In this document: piece by piece, positions 18,442 to 27,991 of the stretch
Numbering within the stretch: position 1 is the first letter of the stretch
Layout of the letters: every line of letters starts with the position of its first letter
Source: Candidatus Limicola stercorigallinarum
GTDB taxonomy: Bacteria > Actinomycetota > Coriobacteriia > Coriobacteriales > Coriobacteriaceae
Assembly: GCA_018711625.1 (NCBI GenBank)
Contig: DVID01000001.1
Coordinates: 4,610 to 68,609 of the forward strand
Direction: 5' to 3'
Length of the DNA stretch: 64,000 nt
Notes under the pieces: model-generated
The model's database searches: none
What the model was told of the DNA's origin: nothing
Seen by the model: only the letters and a program-made list of their open reading frames with translations
Made by a program: the position numbers and the translations under genes

Positions 18442-19290
18442 CTACACCTCGCGGAAATAGGCCACTGCGATGGCACCCGGGCCAGCATGCGTGCCAATGG
18501 TGGCACCAATGCTGTGGATGGGAAGCTCATCCTCTGCGATATGACCCTCCCACAGAGCGCGGTTATCGGCCAGATACTTACGAAGCAGTTTGCTCGAAAG
18601 GCCGGTGTAGCCCAGCGCGAGCGGCTTGGAGAAGTCGATGGCGCCGGTCTTCTCAATCTGTTGGTTCAGCAGGTTACGACCGTTTTTGGATCCACGCGCC
18701 TTGCCCAGGATGGCAACCTCGCCGTCTTCGATGGCGATAACCGGCTTAATGGAAAGCAGCTCGCCAATAGCACCTACCGTGGAGGGAATACGCCCGCCGC
18801 GACGCAGATATTCCAGGGTGTCCAGCAACGCCACGAGGCACACGCGCTCACGCTCCTCTTCAAGCGCCGCCGCAATCTCGGCGGCACTACGGCCCTCGTC
18901 TACGAGTTCAAGCGCGTAATCTACCAGGATGCGCTCGGCCACCGTAACATTTTTGCTATCCACCACGTATACGCCCGTAGTCTCAGACGCAGCAGCAACG
19001 GCGCTCTCATAGGTGCCCGACAACTTGGACGAAAGCGTGATCACCACAACCTCGCTGCCGTCCGCCTGGGCCGCCTTGATGGCCTCGCCGAAGGCAAAGG
19101 GTGTTACCTGACCGGTGGTGGGCAGCGTGTCACCCTCCACCAGCAGCTCGTAAAAGTGCTCGTGCGTAAGGTCTACGCCGTCGGAATAGGTGGTGGTGCC
19201 AAATGCAATAGAGAGCGGAACAACCGTGAGGTTATGATTCTGGGGGTTGACGATATCGCTTCCCGAATCGGTGATAATGCGTACAGACAT
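18442..19290 (-). CDS. DegV family fatty-acid-binding protein
   Basis: IITDSGSD, PTTGQ, LSSKLSGTY, VVDSK, LEYLRRGGRI, LSIKPVI, IGTHAGPGA. Confidence 0.92.
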   Translation of the reverse strand: MSVRIITDSGSDIVNPQNHNLTVVPLSIAFGTTTYSDGVDLTHEHFYELLVEGDTLPTTGQVTPFAFGEAIKAAQADGSEVVVITLSSKLSGTYESAVAAASETTGVYVVDSKNVTVAERILVDYALELVDEGRSAAEIAAALEEERERVCLVALLDTLEYLRRGGRIPSTVGAIGELLSIKPVIAIEDGEVAILGKARGSKNGRNLLNQQIEKTGAIDFSKPLALGYTGLSSKLLRKYLADNRALWEGHIAEDELPIHSIGATIGTHAGPGAIAVAYFREV

Positions 19291-19360
19291 GGGAACCCCT
19301 TTCGTATAGTGATGCCGCCGCAACATACCGCGGCGCGCTCTTAGCATGTATTATCGCGCG

Positions 19361-19819
19361 TTACCGCGATATGGTGCACAAACGATCGTAGATAAGGCAA
19401 AGCGAGCGGTACATCTGGCGGCGCTGGGAATCGCCCAGCTCGTTGCCAGCTTCGGTTACCACACGACGGATAACCTCGCTCGCCTGCACCATACTGGTCT
19501 GCCCCTTGGCGGTAAGCCGCATGGGAACACGGTAGCGCGTGGCATCGTCGTCCTCGGCGCAGGCCTCAACGTAGCCCTCGTCCTCCAGCCGGGCGAGTGT
19601 GCGCGATATCGCCGCACGCGTGACGTCCACCTCGCGGGCAAGCTCCGCGCCTGTGAGGCCCTCTTCATGCTGGCTCAGATAGTACAAGCACATTACGTCC
19701 GAGCCTTTGAGCCCAAGCTTCGCCGCCTCAACCGTCTTGATGCGCTGGACCTCTTTCGAGATCTTCGTGATGAGCCCCACAAAGTCCTCGAAGCGCGACT
19801 CCTCAATGGATTCTTCCAT
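19361..19819 (-). CDS. MarR family transcriptional regulator
   Basis: GLTGAELAREVDVTRAAISRTLARLEDEGYV wHTH, LTAKG. Confidence 0.85.
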   Translation of the reverse strand: MEESIEESRFEDFVGLITKISKEVQRIKTVEAAKLGLKGSDVMCLYYLSQHEEGLTGAELAREVDVTRAAISRTLARLEDEGYVEACAEDDDATRYRVPMRLTAKGQTSMVQASEVIRRVVTEAGNELGDSQRRQMYRSLCLIYDRLCTISR

Positions 19820-19933
19820 AGGCCTCCTTTCACAAACGCGTATGTTGCCCTAACCGCCCACAGTATGGCACGGAGGATACGCATTATGTTTACCACTCAA
19901 CATCTACATAGGGTCTACGCAGCGGTTATAAGA

Positions 19934-19970
19934 AAAGAGGATCCATCTGGTGTCCAGACAGATCCTCTTT
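19934..19970. terminator. Hairpin downstream of metY
   Basis: aaagaggatc / gatcctcttt inverted repeat with A/T-rich flanks. Confidence 0.5.
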
Positions 19971-20062
19971 CTCTTCAGAGCGGCAGGGTAATAGCCCTAA
20001 TAACGCTCCGTTAGCGCCCCTCGGAGCATCGGAAGCGCCGAATGCCGGTGCACGAGCAGCTT

Positions 20063-21343
20063 TTACGCCTTGTCGAGTGCCTGGGCAACGTCGGCAATGA
20101 GGTCATCGGTGTCCTCGATGCCGCAGGACAGGCGCACCATATCGGGAGCAACGCCTGCCGCCTCAAGCTCAGCGTCGTTCATCTGACGATGCGTGGCGTT
20201 TGCAGGGTGCAGCACGCAGGTGCGCGCGTCTGCCACATGGGTGGCAATCTGCGCGATCTTGAGGTTCTTCATGAACTCCTCGGCAGCAGGACGACCGCCG
20301 GTAAAGCCAAAGCTCACCACGCCACAGGAGCCGTTGGGCAGATACTTCTGCGCGAGCTCGTGATACGGGTCGCCGGGAAGACCCGGATAGCGTACAAAGC
20401 GCACCTTGGGATGACTGGCCAAGAACTCCGCCATGGCCTGACCGTTGGCGCAGTGCTGACGCATGCGCACATGCAGGCTCTCAAGCCCCATGTTGAGCAG
20501 GAAGGCGTTCTGCGGCGACTGAATGGATCCAAGGTCGCGCATCAGCTGAGCCGTTGCCTTGGTGATGAACGCACCGCCCTGGCCAAACTTCTCGGCATAG
20601 ACCACGCCGTGGTAGCTTTCATCGGGCGTGGTGAGGCCCGGGAAGGTCTCGGCATGGGCCATCCAGTCAAAGTTACCGGAGTCTACGATGGCTCCACCCA
20701 CCGCTGCGCCGTGCCCATCCATGTACTTGGTGGTGGAATGCGTCACGATGTCGGCACCCCACTCGATGGGCCGGCACATCACCGGCGTGGGGAAGGTGTT
20801 GTCCACAATAAGCGGAACACCATGGGCGTGGGCAGCCTGAGCAAACCGCTCAATATCCAGAACGGCAAGCGCGGGGTTGGCGATCGTCTCGCCAAAAACA
20901 GCCTTGGTGTTGGGCTGGAAGGCGGCCTCTAGCTCCTCGGGCGTGCAATCGGGACTCACAAACGTGCACTCCAGGCCCATACGCTGCATGGTGTGCGCAA
21001 GCAGATTGTACGTGCCGCCGTAGATGGCAGAGCTTGCCACCACATGGTCACCAGCACCTGCGATATTGAAGATCGCAAAGAAATTGGCCGCCTGGCCCGA
21101 GCTCGTGAGCATAGCAGCCGATCCACCCTCAAGCTCACAGATCTTTGCCGCAACGTAATCGTTGGTGGGGTTTTGCAGGCGGGTGTAGAAATAGCCCGAT
21201 TCCTCAAGGTCAAAAAGCTTGCCCATATGCTCGGACGTATCGTACTTCCACGTGGTGGACTGGTAAATGGGAATCTGACGCGGCTCGGCGTCTCCCGGAT
21301 GATACCCGCCCTGAACGCAGGTGGTCCCAATATGGTTCGTCAT
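20063..21343 (-). CDS. metY: O-acetylhomoserine aminocarboxypropyltransferase / sulfhydrylase
   Basis: PIYQSTT, YTRLQNPT, SSGQAA, FGETIANP, IVDNTF, HSTTKYMDGHG (PLP lysine), HPANATHRQ. Confidence 0.9.
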   Translation of the reverse strand: MTNHIGTTCVQGGYHPGDAEPRQIPIYQSTTWKYDTSEHMGKLFDLEESGYFYTRLQNPTNDYVAAKICELEGGSAAMLTSSGQAANFFAIFNIAGAGDHVVASSAIYGGTYNLLAHTMQRMGLECTFVSPDCTPEELEAAFQPNTKAVFGETIANPALAVLDIERFAQAAHAHGVPLIVDNTFPTPVMCRPIEWGADIVTHSTTKYMDGHGAAVGGAIVDSGNFDWMAHAETFPGLTTPDESYHGVVYAEKFGQGGAFITKATAQLMRDLGSIQSPQNAFLLNMGLESLHVRMRQHCANGQAMAEFLASHPKVRFVRYPGLPGDPYHELAQKYLPNGSCGVVSFGFTGGRPAAEEFMKNLKIAQIATHVADARTCVLHPANATHRQMNDAELEAAGVAPDMVRLSCGIEDTDDLIADVAQALDKA

Positions 21344-21513
21344 GAGGCCCTCCTTATCTTGGATGCCCGCGGCGTATGCCGGGTGCACCGTTTTTTGCAC
21401 ATCGGTTCCTCATGATACACCGCGCGCCCACCACCCTTTATGGCAGGCGCGTGTGTGAACAAGTTGCAACGATTGATAAAGAGGTGACGAACAAGCCAAG
21501 CATAAGCTTCGCG

Positions 21514-22149
21514 TTAAAACTCGGCGAAGCGTGCTTCCCCGCACACCACCTGCTCGCGGCCGGCCATAAACTCACGCAACCAGGCGCAGAAGGGCTCTTC
21601 CTCCCCCGCCTTAAAGATTGCATGGAGCATCACGCTATCGGTGAAGTCGCAGGTGGGAACCTTGCCTCCCCGATCCTCCAGGGCTTTACGCACCTGCTCG
21701 TAGGTTGCGTAGGGCACCTGCACATCTACAGGCACCACCGATGTCATCTCTACGAGCATGCCCTCGGCGCGCGCATGCTCCACGGCAGCCTGGGCGGCGG
21801 CGGTATAGGCCCGCACAAGTCCACCCGGGCCAAGCAAGGTGCCACCAAAATAGCGCGTGGTCACACAGCACACATCACGCAAACCAGCTCCGCGCAGCAC
21901 CTCAAGCGTAGGCATGCCGCTTGTGCGCTGCGGCTCGCCATCATCGCTTGCACGCTCACGACCATCAGCCAAAATCCACGCAGGAACATTGTGGCGCGCA
22001 TCAAAATGACGCGCGCGCATAGCCGCCAGATGCTCGGCGGCTTCCTGCTCGGTCTCTACATGAATGAGCTGCGCAATAAAGCGACTCTTCCGGTCAACAA
22101 ACTCCCCGGTTGCCTCAAAGCCCGCGCGCACCGTGATGTAGCTCTCCAT
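21514..22149 (-). CDS. YigZ/IMPACT family protein
   Basis: RKSRFIA, ARHNVPAW, SDDGEP, VTTRYFGGTLLGPGGLVRAY. Confidence 0.9.
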   Translation of the reverse strand: MESYITVRAGFEATGEFVDRKSRFIAQLIHVETEQEAAEHLAAMRARHFDARHNVPAWILADGRERASDDGEPQRTSGMPTLEVLRGAGLRDVCCVTTRYFGGTLLGPGGLVRAYTAAAQAAVEHARAEGMLVEMTSVVPVDVQVPYATYEQVRKALEDRGGKVPTCDFTDSVMLHAIFKAGEEEPFCAWLREFMAGREQVVCGEARFAEF

Positions 22150-22200
22150 AGACGCCTTTCCCCGCATCTCGTGTTCTGCATCGGGCGCGCGGCCGCGGAA

Positions 22201-22824
22201 CTAGTTGTTCTTCATGACAATGCTGTCGACCGTATCGGCCACGTTCTCAATGCAGTCTGCACAATACTCCAAGAAGGTGTAGACCTCGTGCCAGGCAAAC
22301 ACTTCCAGAGGATCGCTGCAGGTGGTGTGCAGGTTGCGCATAGCCTTGATATAGAGGTGGTCGGCCTCCTCCTCTATGCTATTGATGGCGATCACGTGGT
22401 CATGCAGCGTCTTGGAACGCTTGAAGTGCGGGAGCTCATCGAGGAGCGCCTTGAGTTCAGCGCAGCCGCGCACGATGACATCCACCATGGCGTCGGCATC
22501 GGGGCGCATCGTTTGAATGTTGTCGAAATAAACGCGATGAAGCACGCCCTCGATGCGGTCGGTCACATCGTCAAGGTGCTGGCTCAAAAGCGCAATGTCC
22601 TCGCGCTCGATGGGCGTCACAAAGGCGGTGATCAGCGCGTCGCGCACCTCATGCTTTTTCTCGTCAGCTGCCTGCTCGATGGTGTGCATCTCTTCAATCG
22701 CATCACCAATGAGCTCCGGCTGAAAATTCTTGGTCACACGAGACAGCAGCTGGGCCGCCTGATGCGAATACTCAGCGCAGGTGGAAAACGCCTCAAAATA
22801 GAACGAATCGTTCTTTCGTGCCAT
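22201..22824 (-). CDS. DUF47 family phosphate transport regulator
   Basis: IEQAADEKKH, FVTPIEREDI, LDDVTD, IEEEAD; adjacent to pit. Confidence 0.88.
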   Translation of the reverse strand: MARKNDSFYFEAFSTCAEYSHQAAQLLSRVTKNFQPELIGDAIEEMHTIEQAADEKKHEVRDALITAFVTPIEREDIALLSQHLDDVTDRIEGVLHRVYFDNIQTMRPDADAMVDVIVRGCAELKALLDELPHFKRSKTLHDHVIAINSIEEEADHLYIKAMRNLHTTCSDPLEVFAWHEVYTFLEYCADCIENVADTVDSIVMKNN

Positions 22825-22898
22825 TGCTTTTGCCTTCCCCTCGTTGGAGCTTGGTGCAACGAGACGCCTTGAGAGCGCCTCTCGGGCTATACGCCCGC

Positions 22899-23951
22899 TT
22901 AGAACCACATCATGAACAGCTTTGCCATCACAAAGCTAATAAGGCCGCAGCCCGGGAACGTAAACACCCACGTGAGCAGCATATCGCGCACAACACCAAA
23001 GTTGATGTCCGAGAGGCGCTTGACGGCGCCCACGCCCATGATCGCGCTCGTCTTGGTGTGCGTTGTAGATACCGGAATGCCAAAGACCGTGGAGAGCAGG
23101 ATGCAGATAGCACCCGAAAGGTCGGCGGAGAAGCCCTGGTAGCGCTCAAGCTTCACCATATCCATACCCACGGATTTGATGATCTTCTCGCCGCCCACGC
23201 TCGTGCCCAGGCCCATCACGGTACTGCAGAGCAGCATGAGCCAAACGGGGATGACGGCGCCAGAAACATCGGGCTGGCCATTGCAGAAAGCCACACCCAA
23301 AAACAAAACGCCAATGAACTTCTGGCCGTCCTGCGCACCATGCATGAAGCTCATGGCGGCAGCGCCAAAAATCTGGGCATACTTGAAGAAACGATTGGCC
23401 TCGCGACGATCCAGATCGCGGCAAATGAAAATCACAAATTTGCAGATAACCCAGCCAATGGCAAAACCCAGAACCAGGCTGAGCACAAGGCCGTAGATAA
23501 CCTTGACCCACTCTTCCATGTTCACGCCGTCAACGCCGCCCGAAATGGCAATGGCGGCACCGGTAAGGCCGGCAATGAGGCTATGGCTCTCGCTGGTGGG
23601 AATACCAAAGATGGAGGCACCCACGCTGTACACCACGATCGAAAACAACGCCGCACAGAGCGCCACCAACGCCATCTGCGTATTCGAGCCAAAATCGACC
23701 ATATTGGAGATGGTCGATGCGACCGACGAATTGAGATGGGTCATGATGAGCACGCCCAAGAAATTGAAGACGGCGCTCATGATGATGGCGGGACGAACTT
23801 TCAAACAACGTGTTGAAATGCACGTGGCGATTGCATTGGGGGCGTCGGTCCAACCGTTTACAAAAATCACCCCAAGGGTGAGTAAGACGGTGATGGCAAG
23901 AATGGGGTTTGAGGCCACCTCTTGCACAAACATCCCTAACGAAACGTCCAA
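22899..23951 (-). CDS. pit: PiT family inorganic phosphate transporter
   Basis: FVNGWTDAPNAIAT, IPTSESHSLIAG, HGAQDGQKFIG, PVSTTH; GGGAGAG RBS before TTG at 23951. Confidence 0.9.
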   Translation of the reverse strand: MDVSLGMFVQEVASNPILAITVLLTLGVIFVNGWTDAPNAIATCISTRCLKVRPAIIMSAVFNFLGVLIMTHLNSSVASTISNMVDFGSNTQMALVALCAALFSIVVYSVGASIFGIPTSESHSLIAGLTGAAIAISGGVDGVNMEEWVKVIYGLVLSLVLGFAIGWVICKFVIFICRDLDRREANRFFKYAQIFGAAAMSFMHGAQDGQKFIGVLFLGVAFCNGQPDVSGAVIPVWLMLLCSTVMGLGTSVGGEKIIKSVGMDMVKLERYQGFSADLSGAICILLSTVFGIPVSTTHTKTSAIMGVGAVKRLSDINFGVVRDMLLTWVFTFPGCGLISFVMAKLFMMWF

Positions 23952-24138
23952 GGTTTCACTCTCCCGAATGATGTGAACACTCCCCTGCCACAAGGCATCC
24001 CGCTGTCTGGGTACCTTACCTGGCCTGAGGGCGCTCTGCTCAGGATGCTGGCAAATTGACCTACTATCCTGCACATTTGCGCTTCAATAGGGTAACACTT
24101 TACGGTTTCCTAGCCAATGACTTACAGTGCATCTCGTT

Positions 24139-24155
24139 TGTAAGCATTCTGTAAG
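24139..24155 (-). promoter_or_regulatory. Tandem CTTACA repeat with 11-bp period (PHO-box-like) upstream of pit
   Basis: tgtaag at 24139-24144 and 24150-24155 (CTTACA-N5-CTTACA on the minus strand). Confidence 0.4.
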
Positions 24156-24286
24156 TTGATTGCAGACAATTTCCCACCCATACCACGAGCAAGTGGTCCG
24201 ACCGCGCGTGCATACATTCGCACGAGATGAGGAATTGCGCAACCACCTCCTCGTATAGTGCGACGTTCATGCTACAATGGCGCCTT

Positions 24287-24647
<361 letters not shown>

Positions 24648-24659
24648 CTCGTTTGACCA

Positions 24660-24697
24660 AAAAGCGCGCCATGAGGGTATCCCCATGGCGCGCTTTT
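24660..24697. terminator. Bidirectional terminator between rnpB and pspA
   Basis: aaaagcgcgccatg / catggcgcgctttt perfect stem. Confidence 0.75.
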
Positions 24698-24773
24698 GCA
24701 TCTGCTCTCTTGAGAGCCCTTCGTACGGCCTGTGCCCCCGCCTTGGGTTTGGCCCGGGCCCGGCCCTGAACGA

Positions 24774-25454
24774 CTACAGGCCCATCTCAGCCTTAAGCTT
24801 TGCCAGCTCATCGTCCACCGCCGCGGTGGATCCGGCCTCGGCATACTTCTTCTCAAGCTCTGCCGCCGCGTCCTGCGGGCTGGCGTTCAACTCGCTCATA
24901 GCGTTGGAGCGATCGAGCATCTCGTTTGCCTTGGCCTCCATGCGGTCAAAGGCGCTCATAGCTCCTGCCGCGCGGTCGCCTGCCGACGAAAGGTCGTTCA
25001 CCTTGTCCTGCGTCTTTGCAACCGCAACCTTGGCCTTGATGGCCTCGCGACGCCCACGCAGGCTCTCGATATCGCCCACAAGCTTGTCGTGCATCTGACG
25101 CATCTTGGACGCGTTCTCGTGCGCCGCGGTCGCCGCCTCGGCGAGGCTCTCGCCCTTTGCCACAAGCTGCTGCTTCTTGGCCAAGAACGTTCGCGCATCG
25201 TCCTCGTTGCCTGCCTTCAGCGCCTGACGCGCCAGGTCGTCGTACTTGGCAATGTTGGCGTTGTTCTCGTCTACCAGCCGCTGTGTGCGCGTCTCCTCCG
25301 CCATCACGCCGGCCGTTTCCTGCTTTACCTCAGCAAGAGACTCCGTAAGATCGCGCAGATATTGATCGACCATCTTTGCCGGATCCTCGGCACGGTCGAG
25401 CAGGTCGTTAACATTGGCTTTGACGATGTCGGCAAAACGATCGAGCATTCCCAT
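24774..25454 (-). CDS. pspA: PspA/IM30 family protein
   Basis: MGMLDRFADIVKANVNDLLDRAEDPAKMVDQYLRD, coiled coil, AFDRMEAK, VDDELAKLKAEMG. Confidence 0.92.
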   Translation of the reverse strand: MGMLDRFADIVKANVNDLLDRAEDPAKMVDQYLRDLTESLAEVKQETAGVMAEETRTQRLVDENNANIAKYDDLARQALKAGNEDDARTFLAKKQQLVAKGESLAEAATAAHENASKMRQMHDKLVGDIESLRGRREAIKAKVAVAKTQDKVNDLSSAGDRAAGAMSAFDRMEAKANEMLDRSNAMSELNASPQDAAAELEKKYAEAGSTAAVDDELAKLKAEMGL

Positions 25455-25598
25455 GGTGTTCTCCTTCATGTCTGTGCTCATGCGGGCGTCTGGCTATGCC
25501 CCGTCTGGCTGTCCCTTCAAGCCCGTTGCCAAGCTCTGCTTGGCACATTGAGGTTCTTCTACCCCATTTGCATGCCCGCCGCTCACTCGCGGTGGGTC

Positions 25599-26663
25599 CT
25601 ATTTCTTTGAGTACTTTTCTTCCAGATCGTCGAGCTCACGTTCACCAAAGGTTTCGAGCGGCGTGTTGAGCATCTCCTCCAGGTGCTCCTGCTCACGTTT
25701 GCGGGCAGCAGCGCGCTGGCGCACCACCACAACAACCACCACGGCAACCACAACCACAGCGCCACATATGGCAAGCGGCACCACGGGCGAGGTGGTAACG
25801 GACATGATGCGTTCGGCCGTATCGGCAAAGGCGCGCGAGAATATCTGCTCTTCTGAGAGCGATCGATCCTGGTAATAGCGGTCGATATAGTCTGCAAGAA
25901 TACCCAGCGCCTCTTCATCCATGATGGTTTTGGCCTGTGAGCCCACGGTGTATCCGCAGTTAAACGAACCATACCCGTCATCGCAGAACACGAGGAGGAA
26001 GTGCGCCTCATCGCTGAAAAGCTCACCATAGAGCTCGTCGGACATGCTCGTAAGCTCGGACACCGAGGTTACGCTGCCGTTGGGGAGAATGTACACGTAG
26101 GGCTGCACACCTGTAGCCTCGTAAAAGGCTTTCAGACCCTCTTCAAGCTCGCTGGCGTCGCGCACCCAGCCACCGTCGGCATCGGTATACCAGCCTGTCT
26201 CGGTCACCGCGCCCGCAGGAAGCGGCTCGCGTTCCACCGTAGACGCCGGAATGTCGAAGCTTGCCGTAGCCGAGCACGACGAGACGCTGCAGGATTGCAC
26301 GCCGCCAATAAGCGCGAAGAGCACCATCAAGAGCACTACGCCCACAATAACGCTCATGCATCCGCTGGTCCCACACCCGGCCGACCCGTTCGGCCCAGGG
26401 TTTCCGCCAGGCGGCACCGGGTCTGACGAAGATCGGCGTGCGGTGCTCCGCCCCACGCTCATGCCAACCAAGAAGGGCCAGAAGCTTCCACCTCCGCCAA
26501 GCGGTCGGCGCGGACGAAACGGGGAGCCGCCACCATGGCCGAAGCCCCCGCCAAAACCACCGCTCCTGCCGTGGCCGCCGCCTCCCGAGAAGCCGCCTGA
26601 GAAGCGTCCGCCTCCACCGAAGCCGCCGCTATGGCCACCGCCACCAGATCGTCCCACGAGCAC
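25599..26663 (-). CDS. Membrane protein with Gly-rich N-terminus and a TPM-like extracytoplasmic domain
   Basis: GGF-rich N-terminus, TM helix, GLKAFYEATGVQPYVY...FLLVF segment, second TM helix; upstream of pspA. Confidence 0.7.
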   Translation of the reverse strand: MLVGRSGGGGHSGGFGGGGRFSGGFSGGGGHGRSGGFGGGFGHGGGSPFRPRRPLGGGGSFWPFLVGMSVGRSTARRSSSDPVPPGGNPGPNGSAGCGTSGCMSVIVGVVLLMVLFALIGGVQSCSVSSCSATASFDIPASTVEREPLPAGAVTETGWYTDADGGWVRDASELEEGLKAFYEATGVQPYVYILPNGSVTSVSELTSMSDELYGELFSDEAHFLLVFCDDGYGSFNCGYTVGSQAKTIMDEEALGILADYIDRYYQDRSLSEEQIFSRAFADTAERIMSVTTSPVVPLAICGAVVVVAVVVVVVVRQRAAARKREQEHLEEMLNTPLETFGERELDDLEEKYSKK

Positions 26664-26923
26664 TCCCTTCTAGCAGCACCTCTCTCAAGATGTTTCACCG
26701 ATATGTTGTCTCGCCCATAGGGCGCGAATACCTACCATTATCCCCGCACAACCTGACGCCATGACCTTCAACCTTCGCCAATGCACTACGTTTCGGTCAT
26801 ATAAAGGCCAATTATTTGACCGAAAACTAGTGCATCGGTGAATGGGGACAGCGCAGAGGGCAGAAGCGCTGCGAGTCATGGCACGGCCGCGTGCGCACGC
26901 CAAGCGCCCCTATATACGCAAAA

Positions 26924-26947
26924 CGCCCCGAGCGGGTGCTCGGGGCG
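26924..26947 (-). terminator. Rho-independent terminator after divIVA
   Basis: cgccccgagc / gctcggggcg stem followed by TTTT on the minus strand. Confidence 0.7.
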
Positions 26948-27004
26948 CGCATCTGCTGGCTGCAAACGCATGCTGCAGGCCGGCATCTTGAGCATATAGA
27001 TGAA

Positions 27005-27643
27005 CTAGTCGAGGTCGTCCATGCCAAAGTTGTCAATCGGGGCAAAGGGATCGGCAACCGCAACGGGCTCCGGCTCGGGAGCAGGCTGCTGAGCAGGGAC
27101 GGGAGCAGAACCAACCGGCGTGGAGCTGTTAAGCAGCTCGGGCGGGAAGGAGTTCTGAGCATCGTCCATGAAGTGCTGGAGGAGCTTGAGATACTCGTTC
27201 TTGAACTCCTCGCGGGAAGCCTTGAGGCGATCGATCTCCTTGATCTCCTCCTGCTTCTCCTGCAGGGCCTGACGGATGACGTCGCGCGCCTTCGCATCGG
27301 CCTCGTTGCAGATGCGCTCAGCGTTCTGGTTAGCATCGTTCACGATGGCGTCGGCCGTCTGCTGCGCAGCAATGAGCGCGGCCGAGATCTGACGCTCGGA
27401 AGCGGTGATGCCGGGCTGCTGCACCGGTGCCGGAGTAGCGGGCTGGGCCGCGAGCTGAGCCTTGGCATCGGCAAGCTGCTGCTCGGTGGAGGTCAAACGG
27501 TTCTTAAGGTCAACAATCTTGGAAAGCATCGCGTCAACCTCAGCAGAGATCTGCTCGAGGAACACATCAACCTCAGCGGGATCATAGCCGCGCTTAGCCT
27601 CGGAGAAGGTCTGGGCCTGGATGTCGGCGGGGGTGATAGCCAT
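27005..27643 (-). CDS. divIVA: DivIVA/Wag31 family protein
   Basis: MAITPADIQAQTFSEAKRGYDPAEVDVFLEQI followed by coiled coil. Confidence 0.92.
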   Translation of the reverse strand: MAITPADIQAQTFSEAKRGYDPAEVDVFLEQISAEVDAMLSKIVDLKNRLTSTEQQLADAKAQLAAQPATPAPVQQPGITASERQISAALIAAQQTADAIVNDANQNAERICNEADAKARDVIRQALQEKQEEIKEIDRLKASREEFKNEYLKLLQHFMDDAQNSFPPELLNSSTPVGSAPVPAQQPAPEPEPVAVADPFAPIDNFGMDDLD

Positions 27644-27704
27644 GTCTAAACTCCTTTACACCACGCGTAAGCCGCATCTCCCTGGCGGCCCACGTCAACA
27701 CATT

Positions 27705-27974
27705 CTATACGATTACCGAAATAACGAACCGTGCAACGAGGTTCAGCGCAAGAATCGCAATAACCGGCGAGAAGTCCAAGCCTCCCATGGGTGGAATAAA
27801 GCGCCTGAACAGTTGCAGGAACGGTTCGCAGATAGACTGGAGCACCACTGCGATGTCGTAGGCGATGCCACCTTCACGCAGCGGGAACCAGCGCATGATG
27901 ATATACACGCAAATCAACCCCTCGTAGAAGTTAACAAGGGTGCTGATAAGCTGTGCGACGGAATAGGCGTTTAT
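27705..27974 (-). CDS. yggT: YggT/YlmG family membrane protein; probable non-canonical start (ATA at 27974 or ATC at 27977)
   Basis: IIMRWFP...ICEPFLQLFRRFIPPMGGLDFSPVIAIL; the frame is open up to an AGGAGG RBS. Confidence 0.85.
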   Translation of the reverse strand: MNAYSVAQLISTLVNFYEGLICVYIIMRWFPLREGGIAYDIAVVLQSICEPFLQLFRRFIPPMGGLDFSPVIAILALNLVARFVISVIV

Positions 27975-27991
27975 GATCGGAATCCTCCTGG

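Noticed and set aside
21344-21513. SAM riboswitch or T-box upstream of metY
   Set aside because: Small hairpins only; no SAM-I/IV/VI or T-box consensus recognised.
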